NCBI GenBank assembly: GCA_038496445.1
Contig: JALMLS010000231.1
Location: 62,001 to 126,000 of the forward strand
Reading direction: 5' to 3'
DNA: 64,000 nucleotides
From: Trichosphaerium sp. ATCC 40318
Lineage: Eukaryota > Protista > Tubulinea
Notes under the pieces: model-generated
Told to the model about the DNA's origin: nothing
Seen by the model: the letters and a program-made list of their open reading frames with translations, nothing else
Databases searched by the model: none
Part shown: piece after piece, positions 39,927 through 53,370 of the stretch
Layout: each line of letters opens with the position of its first letter
How positions within the stretch are numbered: the stretch's first letter is position 1
Translations under genes and position numbers: made by a program

Positions 39927-40458
39927 CCTTTTGTTTTTGCAGGTAAGGAATAAATGAGGCCTGCCGTGACACTTTATTGTCACGTGTAACAATCTAATTT
40001 TTTTCAGACATCTTTTGGGATTATGTTCCATTACTACGTTTAAACCATGTTAAATGAACGGTTGAGAAGTTTCTAGAAGATTCCAGAACTAGCGGAGTTA
40101 CCTCAATTTCCGAGGCTTTAAAGGACAGTTAAGAAAGAAATTTCGGAAGTTTCTGAAAACCGTATGTGACTTCACAATAACTTGTGCGTTGAAGGAGGCA
40201 AGAACGTGATTCTGACAACAATGAATGGTTTTGTAGTTGTAATACAATTCTATAAGTCGGTTCACGAATTCGTCAAACAACGAAAGGTCACCTTTCTTCG
40301 CTTTTTGTTCTCGTTCCGCTCGTTGAAACTGGTAGTTACAGTGTTCAATTACTTGCAAAAACATAACATTTCCTGATTTTTCCCACTAGTTTTTCCGCAA
40401 TTTGTGAACTTACAAGCAAAACTGTCCTAACTAGTCATCATAACTTCAAACACACACA

Positions 40459-41400
40459 ATGACAACATACAAGCTCTCATATTTCAACGGCCGTGGACGT
40501 GCTGATACCATTCGTTACGTATTTGCCGCTGCAAAGCAAGGTACAAGAGTTTGCGACAAGTTACGCTAGTAGCTTACTTTTGGTTGTAGAGTTCACCGAC
40601 GACCGCGTTGCTGATTGGCCTGCTTTCAAGCCAAAGACTCCTTTCGGTCAAATGCCTGTCCTAGAAGTCACAGCTGACGGAAAGAGTACGTAGAGCGGTT
40701 TTTGTTCGTTCCTAGGAAAAAACGTTTAACTTTCGTTTAGCACAAATGTTTGGCGAGTCTGGCGCTATTCTACGCTACGTAGCCCGCGAATTTGGCTTCT
40801 ACGGTTCTTCAAACCTCGACGGCCTCAAAATCGATCAATACGGTAAGAAACCTACCCAAGGTTGCGTTTGACTAAGTTATCATTGTAGTCGAAATCTTCA
40901 CCTCTGTTTTCGAGGGTTTCGCTAAAATTCGATTTGGAACACCAGAAGCTGAGCGTGAAGCCGCTTTCAAGGCATTTTATGAGGGTGACCTCGTAAAGAA
41001 GTTCGGTTTTGCTGACACTGGTTTTGGACAAACTGAGGTTCGTCTTTGTTCTTTTTTTTTTTTTTTTTTTTGTGTTCGTTTATTTTTAAACCTGCTCTTA
41101 CACCGTTCTGTTACAGGGTCCTTACCTCCTTGGTGATAAACTATGTGTTGCTGATATCATGTTCGCACGTCTTGTTGATGATATTGATACTGATGGTGCT
41201 GTAACAAAGAAGTTCGCAAACCTCCAAAAAGCACGGTAAGCGAATCAATCCGAATATTTTTTCAACAAAACTTTTTAATTTCGTTTTGTACACTAAGAGC
41301 CTTGCTTTTTATGGTTATACTTGTCTGACATGTTAATAGTGATGCTCTTGATAAAGAATTCAAGGCCTTCAGAGATGCTCGTCCAACTACACCATTTTAA
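40459..41400 (+). CDS. Glutathione S-transferase (sigma-like); multi-exon
   Basis: [55 protein letters not shown]. Confidence 0.94.
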
Positions 41401-41632
41401 ATTGAAGAACTTATGTTGTCAATAAAACTTTACGTTTCATACCCTTGCAACCTGTTTTTTACTTTTCTTGGTGTCATTTGTCTTTTATATTCTTCAAACA
41501 CGAACTACCAGTTCTCCGGGAACATATTACAGCAGGAACTTCATAGGTTTCCTCCAAAATTATTTTCTGAATGATCATTGAAATCCAAAGACCTGCAGTT
41601 GCTGACCTGTTCAAACAAACAATAACCGTTCA

Positions 41633-42975
41633 ATGTCTGGAAGCGAATCGAACCAAACAGCGTACTATGCTTTGGACAACATAAAATAACTAAACTACTA
41701 GATAGGTTGTTATTAACGCTCCCAGTTGAAACGTTAGCGAATATAGTACTCTTTTTAGACGTGTCTCGTTTCAGCGTAGCCCAGACATGTCATGCGCTTG
41801 CTGCAGTTATACACGATGTCACTGGCTATTCTTCCGTAATTTTAACCACTCCAGAGAGTTATAAGAAAGTCTCATCGTACAGAGGTGTACTATGTAACTC
41901 GTTGGTTATAGCGACCAATGCTACCAAACTATCGCTTATTCGTCTAAAGGGAGTCAAACGATTGGTTCTAAAAGATCCTTCTTGTACTCTAAAGAGCGCC
42001 GATTTAAGAGTTCTTGCTGGTGTCAAATCGATTGATCTATCTAATTGTAAAGTTGTAGCTAATGGCATACTTCAAGCACTCTCTGGAGTTCATAAAATCA
42101 ATATTAGCGGCTGTAATAGCTTTACAGATAGAGATGTTTCAGCTTTGGGTGGTGTTCATACAATCAATTTAAGCGGTTGTAAACAAATAACAGACGAAGG
42201 TGTTGAGATGTTGGCAGGAGTACACACAATAGACTTAAGAGGCTGTGAAAAAGTGACTGACAAGGGTATTAAAGCGCTAGCTGGTGTTCATAGTATTGCG
42301 TTGAATAATACAGTTTCTGATGAAGGTATAAAATGGTTGAAAGGAGTACATACAATTCTACTTCGGGCCACTAATATTACTGATGTTGGCTTACAAGCAA
42401 TCAAAGGAGTTAAGAGGATTGATATTAGGGATACTATTGCTGTTTCAGATGAAAGTCTTAAAGCTCTAGCTGGTGTTCATACTATTTTGTTGCATGGTCA
42501 ACTATTCAGTGATAAAGGTATAATAGCACTCGCAGGTGTACACACGATATCGTTTTTTGGTATAAATGTATCTGATATTGCAGTATCTGCTCTGCATGGT
42601 GTCCATACAATATACATAACTAGAAGCTTAGAACTAACAGATGAAGGCGTTAAATCACTGGCAGGAGCACATTGTGTAAGTTTGTCGCTCTGTGACAGAG
42701 TAACAGATGAAGGCGTTAAACATCTTTGTAAAGTACACACATTGACACTTTGTAAGTTATCATTTGTTACATCCAAAAGTATCAAAACACTTGTTGGTGT
42801 AAATACACTCAATCTCGTTGGGATGGTTGTAACAAAAGCAAGTGTTTTACTACTTCAAGAACAGGGTGTTGAAGTCAATGCGATGAAATGTGGAGATGCG
42901 ACAAATAAGGAATATTGGATGGTGGCTGTTTATGACCTTGTAGAGCCTAATATCTATTTGAACTACGATATGTAA
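41633..42975 (+). CDS. F-box-like + LRR ('GVHTINL' type) protein, intact paralog
   Basis: Short exon MSGSESNQTA spliced to LLLTLPVETLANIVLFLD, then ~13 repeats of L.GVHTI.L..C..ITD.G. Confidence 0.88.
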
Positions 42976-43299
42976 GCAATAAAGCAGAACGACATTTAAA
43001 CGTGTACACAAGATTAAGATTTCACATACGGCTGCCCTTAATATTATCGCATACAAACTTGATACCACTACAAAGCAGTGTTCACCATCGGACGTAGCAG
43101 GGTTTTTCTTTTTCAATACTACAGTCTAAACGACTGTTTTGCCTAGCTTTATTTAACATGTAAGGTTGTCAGTACACTTTTCTTGCACAAGTTAAGGGAG
43201 CTCGTTGGGTTCCGTTTATTGTTTGTTATCCGTTCCAGTTGATTAAAGAACTTGACATCAAGTCCATACAATAGCTTTTGTACAGCAAATAGTTTTGGT

Positions 43300-44285
43300 T
43301 TAAAGTGTTCCAAGTCTTTTGGCAATCCTCTTGCACTAGTTCAAATTCATTTAGAAGTAGAATTGTGTCACGTTAATTTTGTCAAGTACCTGTGAAGAAA
43401 GACAGTTTTTCTTTGCATACTCGTGGTTAAATGTTAACGAGATTGTGAACAATGTTGGTAGTGCAATATAACTAGCTAAAACACCAGCTAAACTAGCTTT
43501 TCCTAACAGTTAAGTTATTCATACCAACGAGATAATACCATTAGAACTAACCCATCATTTTAAGAGTTGAAGGCCATCTAATAGCCTTTTCGTGGTGTGA
43601 ATGATAGATAAACGCCCTACCTCTTCATAAGAAACGTAAAACGGGAAGTCAACACTCTTACCAATAACCTATTCCTGCTGTAGTACCTAAAGCTCCACCA
43701 ACAGCAGGAGCCAAGTAAGATACTTGTGGGTATATAAGAGATACATATTCAAAACTAAATCATATCACGTGGTAAGTCACGTGCAACAACAAACTTGAAA
43801 AAAAAAACACAAGAAGAAGTAGCGTTCCAACGCACGCGCAAAATGCAACACCTAATCCTAGTCCAGTGCTGAATGAAGACGAATATGTTGTAAACAAGCG
43901 TGGTCCTGAAACTAAGTTTCGCAAACTAAACAACAATCAAAATGATCGTAACTGCGTTTTTGAGTTGGTTTACCTTGGTATTAGTGGGTTTTGAAGAAAA
44001 GAAGCGCCGTATCCGCCGATTGCTCTACAAAGAGTTCAGAACTTACTTATAGTATAATTTACGCATACCCTATGCCTACACCAACAAAAAAACCTGTTGC
44101 TGAGCTGTTTTCTGCTGTAAGTTGCGTTTTTTGTCTTTTACTACTCTAATCCACGTACCAACGAGTTAGACAACACGTTGAGCCTTGTTATCATTAGCCG
44201 GTTATACAGTTGAAGTGTCAATCGTACAATATCCTTTCTCAAGCTCTGCTTGCTTCCATTTTGTGCTGGTGAGCTTGTCTACCAT
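43300..44285 (-). CDS. Small Gly-rich multi-pass membrane protein, possibly Tim17/22/23-like; many micro-exons, 3' end uncertain
   Basis: Exon fragments ATGFFVGVGIG, FSTGLGLGVAF, APAVGGALGTTAGIG and KASLAGVLASYIAL, bounded by GT..AG. Confidence 0.45.
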
Positions 44286-44420
44286 GGTGGTTGTACGACC
44301 AGTAGTATTCGCAAATACCAAAAGTGTCAACGTCTTTCTAACAAACTATTCTGTGGTCGCTTCGGGTTTCGCACGCTCACCTATGAACTGATAACGGTCG
44401 CTGGTAGAAAATAAGTTATA

Positions 44421-45682
44421 ATGGGTTTAATTAAAAAAAGCCTGTTCGTTAGATGCGCAGAGACATCTGTACATATTGCCGAGCGCTTAGTATGCATGAT
44501 TAGTCCAATATTTGTAGTATTGGCCGTGTCGCTCCTTTCTCGTGCGTTGACTATATTAATTTACATTCTTACGCGCGTTAGTGGTCATAATTGTACATTT
44601 TACAGTTATAATACCCTTCTATTCAGACTACGTTACCATCACTGGCCTAATACATCTAGCTATCTCTGGATTCCTATCGCAAGGCACCACAGCTACTTTA
44701 AATTTATTGTCGACGTTGAGCTTCTTATTGTCTAACTTTATACGCCAGGAATCATGCTTAACTACGCTGCGGCGGTGCTCACAAATCCAGGTTTGCATAA
44801 AACTGTGCTAAACGGATATTTTGTAATTTTTTTATACAGGCTACCCTCCGTTTCCTAAAGACGTCAAAGACTTGCCACGAAAGTACAAAGTATGTAAGAA
44901 ATGTGCGTACCGATTGTTATTCGAAACATGGTTCAGAACGTTTATTTCTCGATTAGGTAACCGTATTCGACCACCTAGAGCACATCACTGTGGTGCCATC
45001 AACACTTGCGTATTGAAAATGGATCACTATTGTCGTAAGTAGCACATGGTTCCTTAGAAAGACTCCAAGATAAAATTTACTAACTCTCTATTAGCGTGGG
45101 TTGCTAACTGCGTTGGACATCATAATCATAAGCCATTTGTTCTGTTTCTTATGTATTTGTGGATGGGTACATTCTACGCTGCCTGTATGGTATTCATTCC
45201 GTTCAAGATGAGTACCTCCTTTTCTCAGGCAAGTTTTTTATTTTTTGTGCTTTCACTGATGTGTACGCTAGCCATGGCCTCTGCCAATTTCAAGATCTAT
45301 TGTGATGTTCGATTTTATCATTTCTGCTGCTGTATTCGTTGCCTTGGCTGTGCTATTTGCTTGGCAGATTTACCTTGTTTTTACAAATCAAACATCTATT
45401 GAAGTTGCTATAAATCACGAATCAGTAAGCGTTTATAATAATCCATACGATCTCGGATATGCTCGGAATTTTAGAGAGTTCATGGGCACAGAGAAAGGGA
45501 GGTATGTGACGTATTCAAGCGGATGCTGTTTGTTTTTTTGGTTATTGTTTTGCGTTTTTTTGTTGATGTTGTACCTTAGTTTCTGGTTCTCGTGGTTACT
45601 TCCAGCGATTATTGGAGGTACAACTACTGAAGGAGACGGAACGTCATACCCTACCAATAATAATGGCGGCAATCGTGTGTAA
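44421..45682 (+). CDS. DHHC palmitoyl-acyltransferase; multi-exon
   Basis: CKKC..RPPRAHHC..INTCVLKMDHYC.WVANCVGHHNHKPF (DHYC variant), TSIE motif, NPYDLG. Confidence 0.92.
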
Positions 45683-46129
45683 TGTAGAATTAACTGTACA
45701 AAACTAAAAACCTAATTACACAAATGACATGTTGTTTTAATGAGTTGTCTTTTATAAGTTCTTGCATTTTCACGTAGGTCTCGCTATAATTTGGGGATAA
45801 CAGAGCAGGATATGATTCAATTATGAGTTATCATTGTTTACGGGATTTTTTTGGTGTGTTCAACGAACACGGGCTGAACGCTCTAGCATGTAACAACATC
45901 AACATTTATGAAATACTGTTGAATCTATGTTGACTGAAAACTCGTACTAAATTACATATTTCTCTTAAACTTTCCACCGTTACAACTAATCCTGAAATCT
46001 TCATGGAAGTAAAACGTACTAAGGAGGTTTGTATTGTTTTTTGCTTCCCGTGCTAGTATAGCAATTGCTGAATAACTTACACGGCTGTTTATGTAGCTAT
46101 CTGCATATGATGGTAGAATAGAGCGGCAA

Positions 46130-46573
46130 TTGACACAAATAACATTAACAGACCTTCCTGTCGAGCTAATACTTAATATAATGGAGCTTACGCCTGAGTC
46201 TTTCAGAAAAACATCAATCCTCACAAAAGGAATAGCTTTGAACAGTTGTTTTGATCAAGATTTTAAAAAACATGGAAAATGGATAAGATATCAAGCACAA
46301 AGGGGAGCACGTGGTCAATATCAGTGGTATCATGGTGTAATACATGGTGAATACAAAGAGTGGAATGAAAGAGGTCATTTGATTGTACAGCAGCAATTTA
46401 AAAAAGGAAAACTTGACGGAGAGTGCAAGCATTGGTATGATTCTGGTCAATTGCACATTCTACAATACTTTAAAAATGGTTGGCAAGATGGGGTTTACAA
46501 ACGTTGGCATTACAATGGTAACTTGTTGACAAACTCGTACTTTGAACAAGGCGTTGAGTACTCTGTGTGGTAA
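46130..46573 (+). CDS. F-box-like + MORN-variant repeat protein, paralog 3 (first exon not resolved)
   Basis: LTDLPVELILNIMEL...LTKGIALNSCF then HGEYKEWNERG, DGECKHWYDSG, DGVYKRWHYNG. Confidence 0.75.
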   Translation: MTQITLTDLPVELILNIMELTPESFRKTSILTKGIALNSCFDQDFKKHGKWIRYQAQRGARGQYQWYHGVIHGEYKEWNERGHLIVQQQFKKGKLDGECKHWYDSGQLHILQYFKNGWQDGVYKRWHYNGNLLTNSYFEQGVEYSVW

Positions 46574-46871
46574 ACCTTTAACATAAACTTGACTTAGGTT
46601 GCGGTTGTAGAATACGATGACGAATTCAAATAAGTTGTAATTATTGCCAACTTTGTAAAAGTGTCTTGGTGTGCACGTGACTGCTTTTCATTGTATTATC
46701 GAGGTTGTAATAATTTCGGAAGAACAAGTCCTATGGCATGTTCCAACGAGGTAGGATAAAATAAATACAAACTTATTTGAACGCGCGATTGCATTTGACT
46801 TTTTTTTTTCCCGCCATTTCAGATTGTACATTTTAATGAATTAAGAAGAGCCCCTTCAAACGTACTGCACC

Positions 46872-49800
46872 ATGGAAAGTGTAATAGAACGTTTTCAAGA
46901 GTATGGCATTCAAGATATCACCCAAGCGCAGGTCGATAAGCTCTGGCGCGGTCTTCTTGAAGAAGAACGCTTAGTAGACTATCAGGGCGGTTCTGAGGCC
47001 AAAATACTATGTGACATCGTGGAAGCGCTACAAACGTCTATTTCTGATGATAACATGGAAACAGACGACGAAGAATCATTATGGCAGCAAATGACATCTA
47101 ACGAGATGGTTCCAAAACATTTGGTCGCTTTTCTTTACGATTGCATAAGACAGGGCGGCGACGAGTCGATATACGCTGCCGAATGCTATTTATTGATTTT
47201 ACAAGTGCCTGGCGCCAAAGCTGTTAACATATTTCATCCACTCGCGTTTCAATCGACTTTAGACGTCATTAAACGGTTGTTTATCTTTGAGCGCAAACAA
47301 ACAAAAGGTAACCGTTTTTGAATGTGACATGAACGTAATGACTGACGCCTTTCTTCTAGGTCCAGCTAAGAAAGGGCGTGGTAGACGTAAAAAATCAAAC
47401 GAAGACGAAGAAGATGAGGTACGAAACTCAAAACGTTTGAATTTTTTTCAAAAGCAAAAGTTCTATTTATGTGTTCTTACGCGTGGAGAACATATTTTAA
47501 ACGTATTTGCGATATAACAATTGAATTTGCCGCTCAGAATATTTCAAAAAAAAAAAAGCCGAAATTGAAGGCTTACACCAGCTTCTTTTCTTTGTAACTA
47601 TGTTAGATAGTAACTATGGTTATAATATCATGTATCTAACGCATTCATTAGCAAGAATCGATTGTTGATCGTATGGATAATGCCCAAAGATTATTAGATG
47701 GTCTTTCTTTGGTTGTCGATTGCTATGATTTGTCTAAAAACGAGGACACTTTCACATCCTTTATTGATTCTTTAGCTGAGATATCAAGATTTTATCCTTT
47801 TAAATCTACTACTAAGAAAGCATCAATGACACGTGGAGAACAAGGTAGATTTTAAACTTTTTCTTTGAACAGTTTGCATTTTTTTTAGTTTGTTGACATT
47901 GTGGTTTTGTAGATATTATCGCTCAGGCTTATACGATTGGCGAAAAAGCATTATCTATCCTTGAACAATTGATACATCCAGATGAGGATGACGCTATTCA
48001 AACCACATCTTCGATTTTCAGCGTTCTTTTACCAAATATTTTGATTCAACTTACAGGTATATTTACTTGCTATCCTATTTCTCTTGCACATGCAAATAAG
48101 CTTAATGGATTACTTTAATACTTAAGTAATCGTTTAGGTAGAAATGTTGGTGGTGTACAACGTTCAATGGTACCTGTGAGAAAAGCTTCGTTGGCGGTAA
48201 TTTCGTGCGTTTCTATTAGTGTCTCGTGGTTAAACTTTTAATACTTACGCTCGATTATAGACGTATCATTGCTATGGCTGAAGAAAAAAATACATTCTAT
48301 ACACCTATACATGCTCTACTTCAACATGTGTGCATGAGACATTGTGAGAAAGCAGGTACGTTTTAAGAAAAAAACAAGATTTCAAAAAAACAACCAATAA
48401 GAGCTAACATGAAAATCTTTCAGACTTCAGACATCTCGCAGAGGATACACTCATTGCTTTGTTGAAAGAATTACCGAATGGACAAAGACAACGTTTCTTT
48501 GCTTTCTTGATAAAATTTGCAAAGAACAAAGTAGCACGATACAGGTAAGGAGTCATTTTACTTTATTTCTCCTTTATTTACCTTGGTGTTTAGGCTCTTT
48601 GGCGTAGAAGTTGCCATGGGTATTGTTAAGGGTATTAACTTTGAAGACCAAGAACCAGCTGCAGTTAAAGCACAGATGACACCACTTCTAAACGTTATTG
48701 TTTCCAGATGCTCGGACAGGTAAGGGTTTTTTTATTTAGCATTTTTTTTTCTTGCTCATTGAATGCTCTATTGGACATCACTCACACTGGCTACCTTAGG
48801 TCAACTGCTGTTCGTTGCAAGGCTATTTCTTGTATTGCACACATAATGACCTTCCTCACAAACAATCCAGAAGGTCCTCTAGCTGAGAATATTAGAGATA
48901 ATTTCAGATTAAAACCAACTGATGCTCCTAATAGAAGAGGTACTTTGACGATTTGTATTGCTTCATGAGAGACTTAAATAAATTCATAGCATCCATGGCT
49001 GCACCACCAGCACCTTCAAGAGGAGGTGTAGACTTGTTAGGAGTCATTAGACGCCGAGTTGCTGACGAAAAGTCCTCAGTTAGAAAATCTGCTATTCAAG
49101 TCCTTGGCTCCATTGGTATCCACGATGCAAGTCTTCTAGCACCTTCAGATAATCAACTTATCGAGGAACGTTGCTTAGACCCTTCTGTTGCTATCCGTAA
49201 GCAAGGTATGAGCTAAACAAGAACGAATCTTATGACTCTTTGTTTAATCCTTCTAGCACTTAAATCTCTGTCTCTTATTCTACGACAACATCCAAGTTCG
49301 GCCTCTTCAATCAAGAGTTGGGTCCGTTCTTGCTTACCACTTGCTGGCGATCCTGAGCAAAGTATTCAAGAGAACGCCATTGAGTTCTTTATTGAGTTCT
49401 TGCTGGAGCCCGCTGTGAAAGATAAAGCGTATGTAAAAATTTGCCTTTTTTCTTTATGTTGTGGTTTGACGGTGTTGTAGTAACCCGGACGCGGCTGTAT
49501 GGCGTATTGCTTCGGAGATAGATAACCCTGGCGTTAATTTGGGACAATTTGCTGTGACTCTATGCAAGCTTGTCGCAAAGAAACGCAAAATACCAAAGAA
49601 ACTACCAAGTGCGTCTTAATACTGTTTCTCATAAAAAAGGTCGTCGGCTTATGATGTTTTAGATGCTCTACAAGCTGCAATTGCATCGGGTATTGAAGAA
49701 GCTTGGATATTGTTATCTTGGGTAGCACCACAAGCTAAGTAAGTGGAAGAGATGGCAAGTCAGAGGCGCTTTGTTTTAATTTGTTATTAGAGAAAAAATC

Positions 49801-52800
49801 ACACCAGAATTAATCTTAGAACATTGGAAAGATGTCAGAGATGTCAGTGTACGTCAGACTATCCTTTGAAATCGTTTTATTTATCTGATACTCTTTAGGA
49901 TAATAAGTCTATTTTCAAACGTATCAAGGTATTGGGTATACTTGGAGAGATATCTACGAGCATTGATGAAGTAAGCTTTGCTTAGTATTTTCATTCTCTT
50001 CTTTAGAGAATTTTTCGTTCTTTTTTCTCCTTGTGTTGTTGCTTATAGTTTGTGCTAAAGGAGGATGTATTCGATCTTGTTACGGACTTGTATGATCGTT
50101 TATCGACATTTTCAGCCGCTTTAAGTCAAGTACATATTATGGCTGAGACACTAGTAAAGGTAAGTTATAACACGTGTTCATAAAAAGACATTTCAAACTA
50201 ATTTTTTCCTGTCAGTTAATTCGTGCCACGTGCACTGAACGCGCAGCAAAAAAGACAATATCTACTAGAGTTAAACCTCTATTTGCAAAGGTACAGATTC
50301 TTCTATTATTACACTACGCCTGTAGCATGCTAACTCTTTTGTTTTTTATAGGTTCAAGGATGTTTGGAGGCTTGTATGTCACCTGATACTGCTGAAGCAT
50401 CTGATGAAGTACCTACACAAGACCAATTGATACGTCATTTGTTTGCTTTGGGCGAACTCGCATTAGTTGCACCTTGGGCCATGCCAAAAAGACTTGTTAC
50501 TGTTCGTGATAATAGCTACTTTTTTTTTTACATACTCATCCAAAAACTAGGTAATACGAGCATTGGTAGCACCAAGTTTCGACAATTTACGGATTAGGGT
50601 GGTTGATACAGCGCCTGCTATTTCAGGACCTGTTGCACCACAAGTTCGCGCACACGCTTTCGTTGCTCTTGGAAAGCTATGCCTAGAAGACTTGGTACGT
50701 TATAACGTTATAAGTTGTTGTAAACTTATTTTTTTTAAGGCTTTGGCAAAGAAATGTATAACCGGATTTGCACGTGAATTAAAAGCATGCAAGTCTCCTA
50801 TTGTTCGTAATAATGTTATGGTTATTATGGTCGACTTATGTAAAAGACATACATCTGTTGTTGATCCTTATGTGCCTGTAATGGCGTTGTGTCTACGAGA
50901 CGAAAACGAGTTGGTATGTTTTGTGATTGTTTTTTTTTCTTTTCTTCGAAAAAAAGTTTGTGTTTGTACTTTATTGTCTTTTAACCCTCTTTCTTTTTAG
51001 GTGAGACAACAAACCCTTGTTCTTCTTTGCAATCTCATACAAGAAGATTATATCAAGTGGAAGACACATGGTCTATTCTTTAGGTTTATTCTTACACTTG
51101 TTGATGATTCTCCTGTTGTCAAGCAATATGGTACGTCTATGCTTGATATTTTGCACATGCATGTTTCATTCTGTTGCCACGCGTGTATCATATTTATTCC
51201 TTGTTTAGCCAATTCTTGCTTGCTTCAGATGCTCAGAAACAAACCAAGCACTGAAAATTTGTTCTACAGTCATTTTGTTGAACTTGTTTTTGCTCTCAAT
51301 GACTACCGTGATCATCCAATTTATAATCAATTTGCAAGAACTGAGCGTGATAGACTACTATTTTCTTGCAAAGGTGGTGGTAACGAGAGAGTGTATGTGA
51401 TGACGAAAAAAATATGAAAAACTTGCTGACTCTTTTTTTCTTCAGAAAACGGTTGGCTATTTACAAGATTCTCTTGACTCACTTGTCCGATATTGAGAAG
51501 TTCCAACTCACCTCCAAGTTATGTACAGAGATACTTGGTGGTGTACAAGAAGAAAAGATCAACCTCAAGAACGCAAACTACCTTATTTATGATACACTTT
51601 GTATTCTTTCTTCAAAGGTACGATATGCGTTTACACAAAGCTTCAGTTCCTCACTTTGTTTTCATTAGGAGATCAAATTATCTTCCCATGCCCATACTCA
51701 AGAACCTGATGAGTTAGACGCACAAGAGACAAAATTGATTAAGGCCAAATCGAAGATTCTATCACAGGTTAGTTAAAAGTAATGCTTGATGAGAAAAAAT
51801 TAAGAAAACTTTGTTTCTTTGTTTTTGTCCAATCATTTTGTTTATCTCCCTTTGTACTCCTTCTTATATCCTTTCGCATAGATTTCCAAAAAGAATGCTA
51901 TAGAAAATATCATACCTATTATTGTTGGATTGAAACAAATCTTGGAAGAGAACCATTCACCACTTATCAAGTACATGATGATTTATCTCATGGAGATTAC
52001 AAAGGACTACAAAGATCAAATTAAAGGCACGTGGTTTTTTTTTTTCGATTATTTTTTTACACTAAAAACAAGAACTAACAATTCGTTCTTTAGAGATACT
52101 GGCAGTAGATGAGCAACTTGCCAAGGAATTGGATTACTTTATAAAAAATGCTAATAGAAGAAACTTCCGTATTCCAGCTCCTGCTGCTTCTCCAAGGTTT
52201 ACACCAAGACAACAAGACCGTAGAGTACGTTCTATAACATCTTATGTAACCACTCTTCCTTACGTGTATTGACTTGTATTATAGGTTCCTTTCTCACCAC
52301 GTCACTCTTCTCCACGCCCAGAACTAGCATCATTTTCTGTACCTCGCTTGCGACAGGATGTACGTTTTTGCAATATTGATGTATGTTCACGTGACTTACC
52401 TGTTATAGGCAACATCACCTACATCTAGGCATACACCTGAAGATTCCTCTAGACGTAGATCTATGCATCAGGGAGCAGTAGCAACATCTCCTTACGCTCC
52501 AAAACGTTGTATGTATTTTTTTTCTTTTCTCTTGTAGAAATGTTTGTTACTAACTTTGAATTACTAGCACGCAACTCCATGGCCATACCATCTCCTTACT
52601 CGAAAAAGAATCCTTCACGAAGAAGATGGTCTATTAGAATAACAAATCCAGATCTTGAGAGCGTCGTTGCTGATGCAGTAGCAGATGCAATTGGAACCCC
52701 TGAAAATGAGTAAGTTTCAATAATAGAAAAAATTCCTTTTTTGCTAGCAAACACGTGTATCGTGTTTTGTATCACATTAAAAGTTGTATTAATTTTTGTG

Positions 52801-53029
52801 CTATAGGGCCAATCAACGTACACCTACTAAACGTGTAACACCAAAGCGTAAGATCAGAGATGTGACTAATAATGTTTCACCTGTAAAAAACCCAAAGTTG
52901 AAGAAATCTCGTGTTAGTGATGTTGCTTCTAAAGTCACTGCTTCTGTACCTGAGAAAAATGGAGAAAACGCAAAGAGAAAGACTATTGTTGTTCATAGAA
53001 GAAAGAGAAAACGTACTACTGCAAGATAA
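46872..53029 (+). CDS. NCAPD3: Condensin II HEAT subunit CAP-D3; multi-exon
   Basis: DEKSSVRKSAIQ, VRAHAFVALGKLCL, VRNNVMVIMVDLCKRHTSVVD, LIQEDYIKWK, FYSHFVELVFALN and an SP/TP-rich basic tail. Confidence 0.92.
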
Positions 53030-53370
53030 TAACAAGTACTACCAACCAAAATGTAAATAAATGCAATCCTTTTTGTAAAAACAAAAAACCTACTTGTGGA
53101 ACGCCCAGAGCGTTTTACCAATCAACCATCCTTGGAGTGGATTGTGTAGAATTGCGCATGAAAGTGTTGTAAACAAGTAGAACCGAAATTTATATGTATA
53201 GTTTCAAAGTGTGGAGCTATGTTTGTACAAGCAAATTCTGCCGTCCAAGTTGTTACGGTTGACTTAGAATATGGCATTAAGTTGCATCAAAATACAACAC
53301 GTGATTGTCTAGGTTAGAACAAGCATCGTAACACGGCATAAGAACTACAGCTAAAACACTACATACACTC

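Noticed and set aside
40098-40376. Overlapping ORFs upstream of GST
   Set aside because: No homology recognised, and the donor phase does not connect convincingly to downstream frames.
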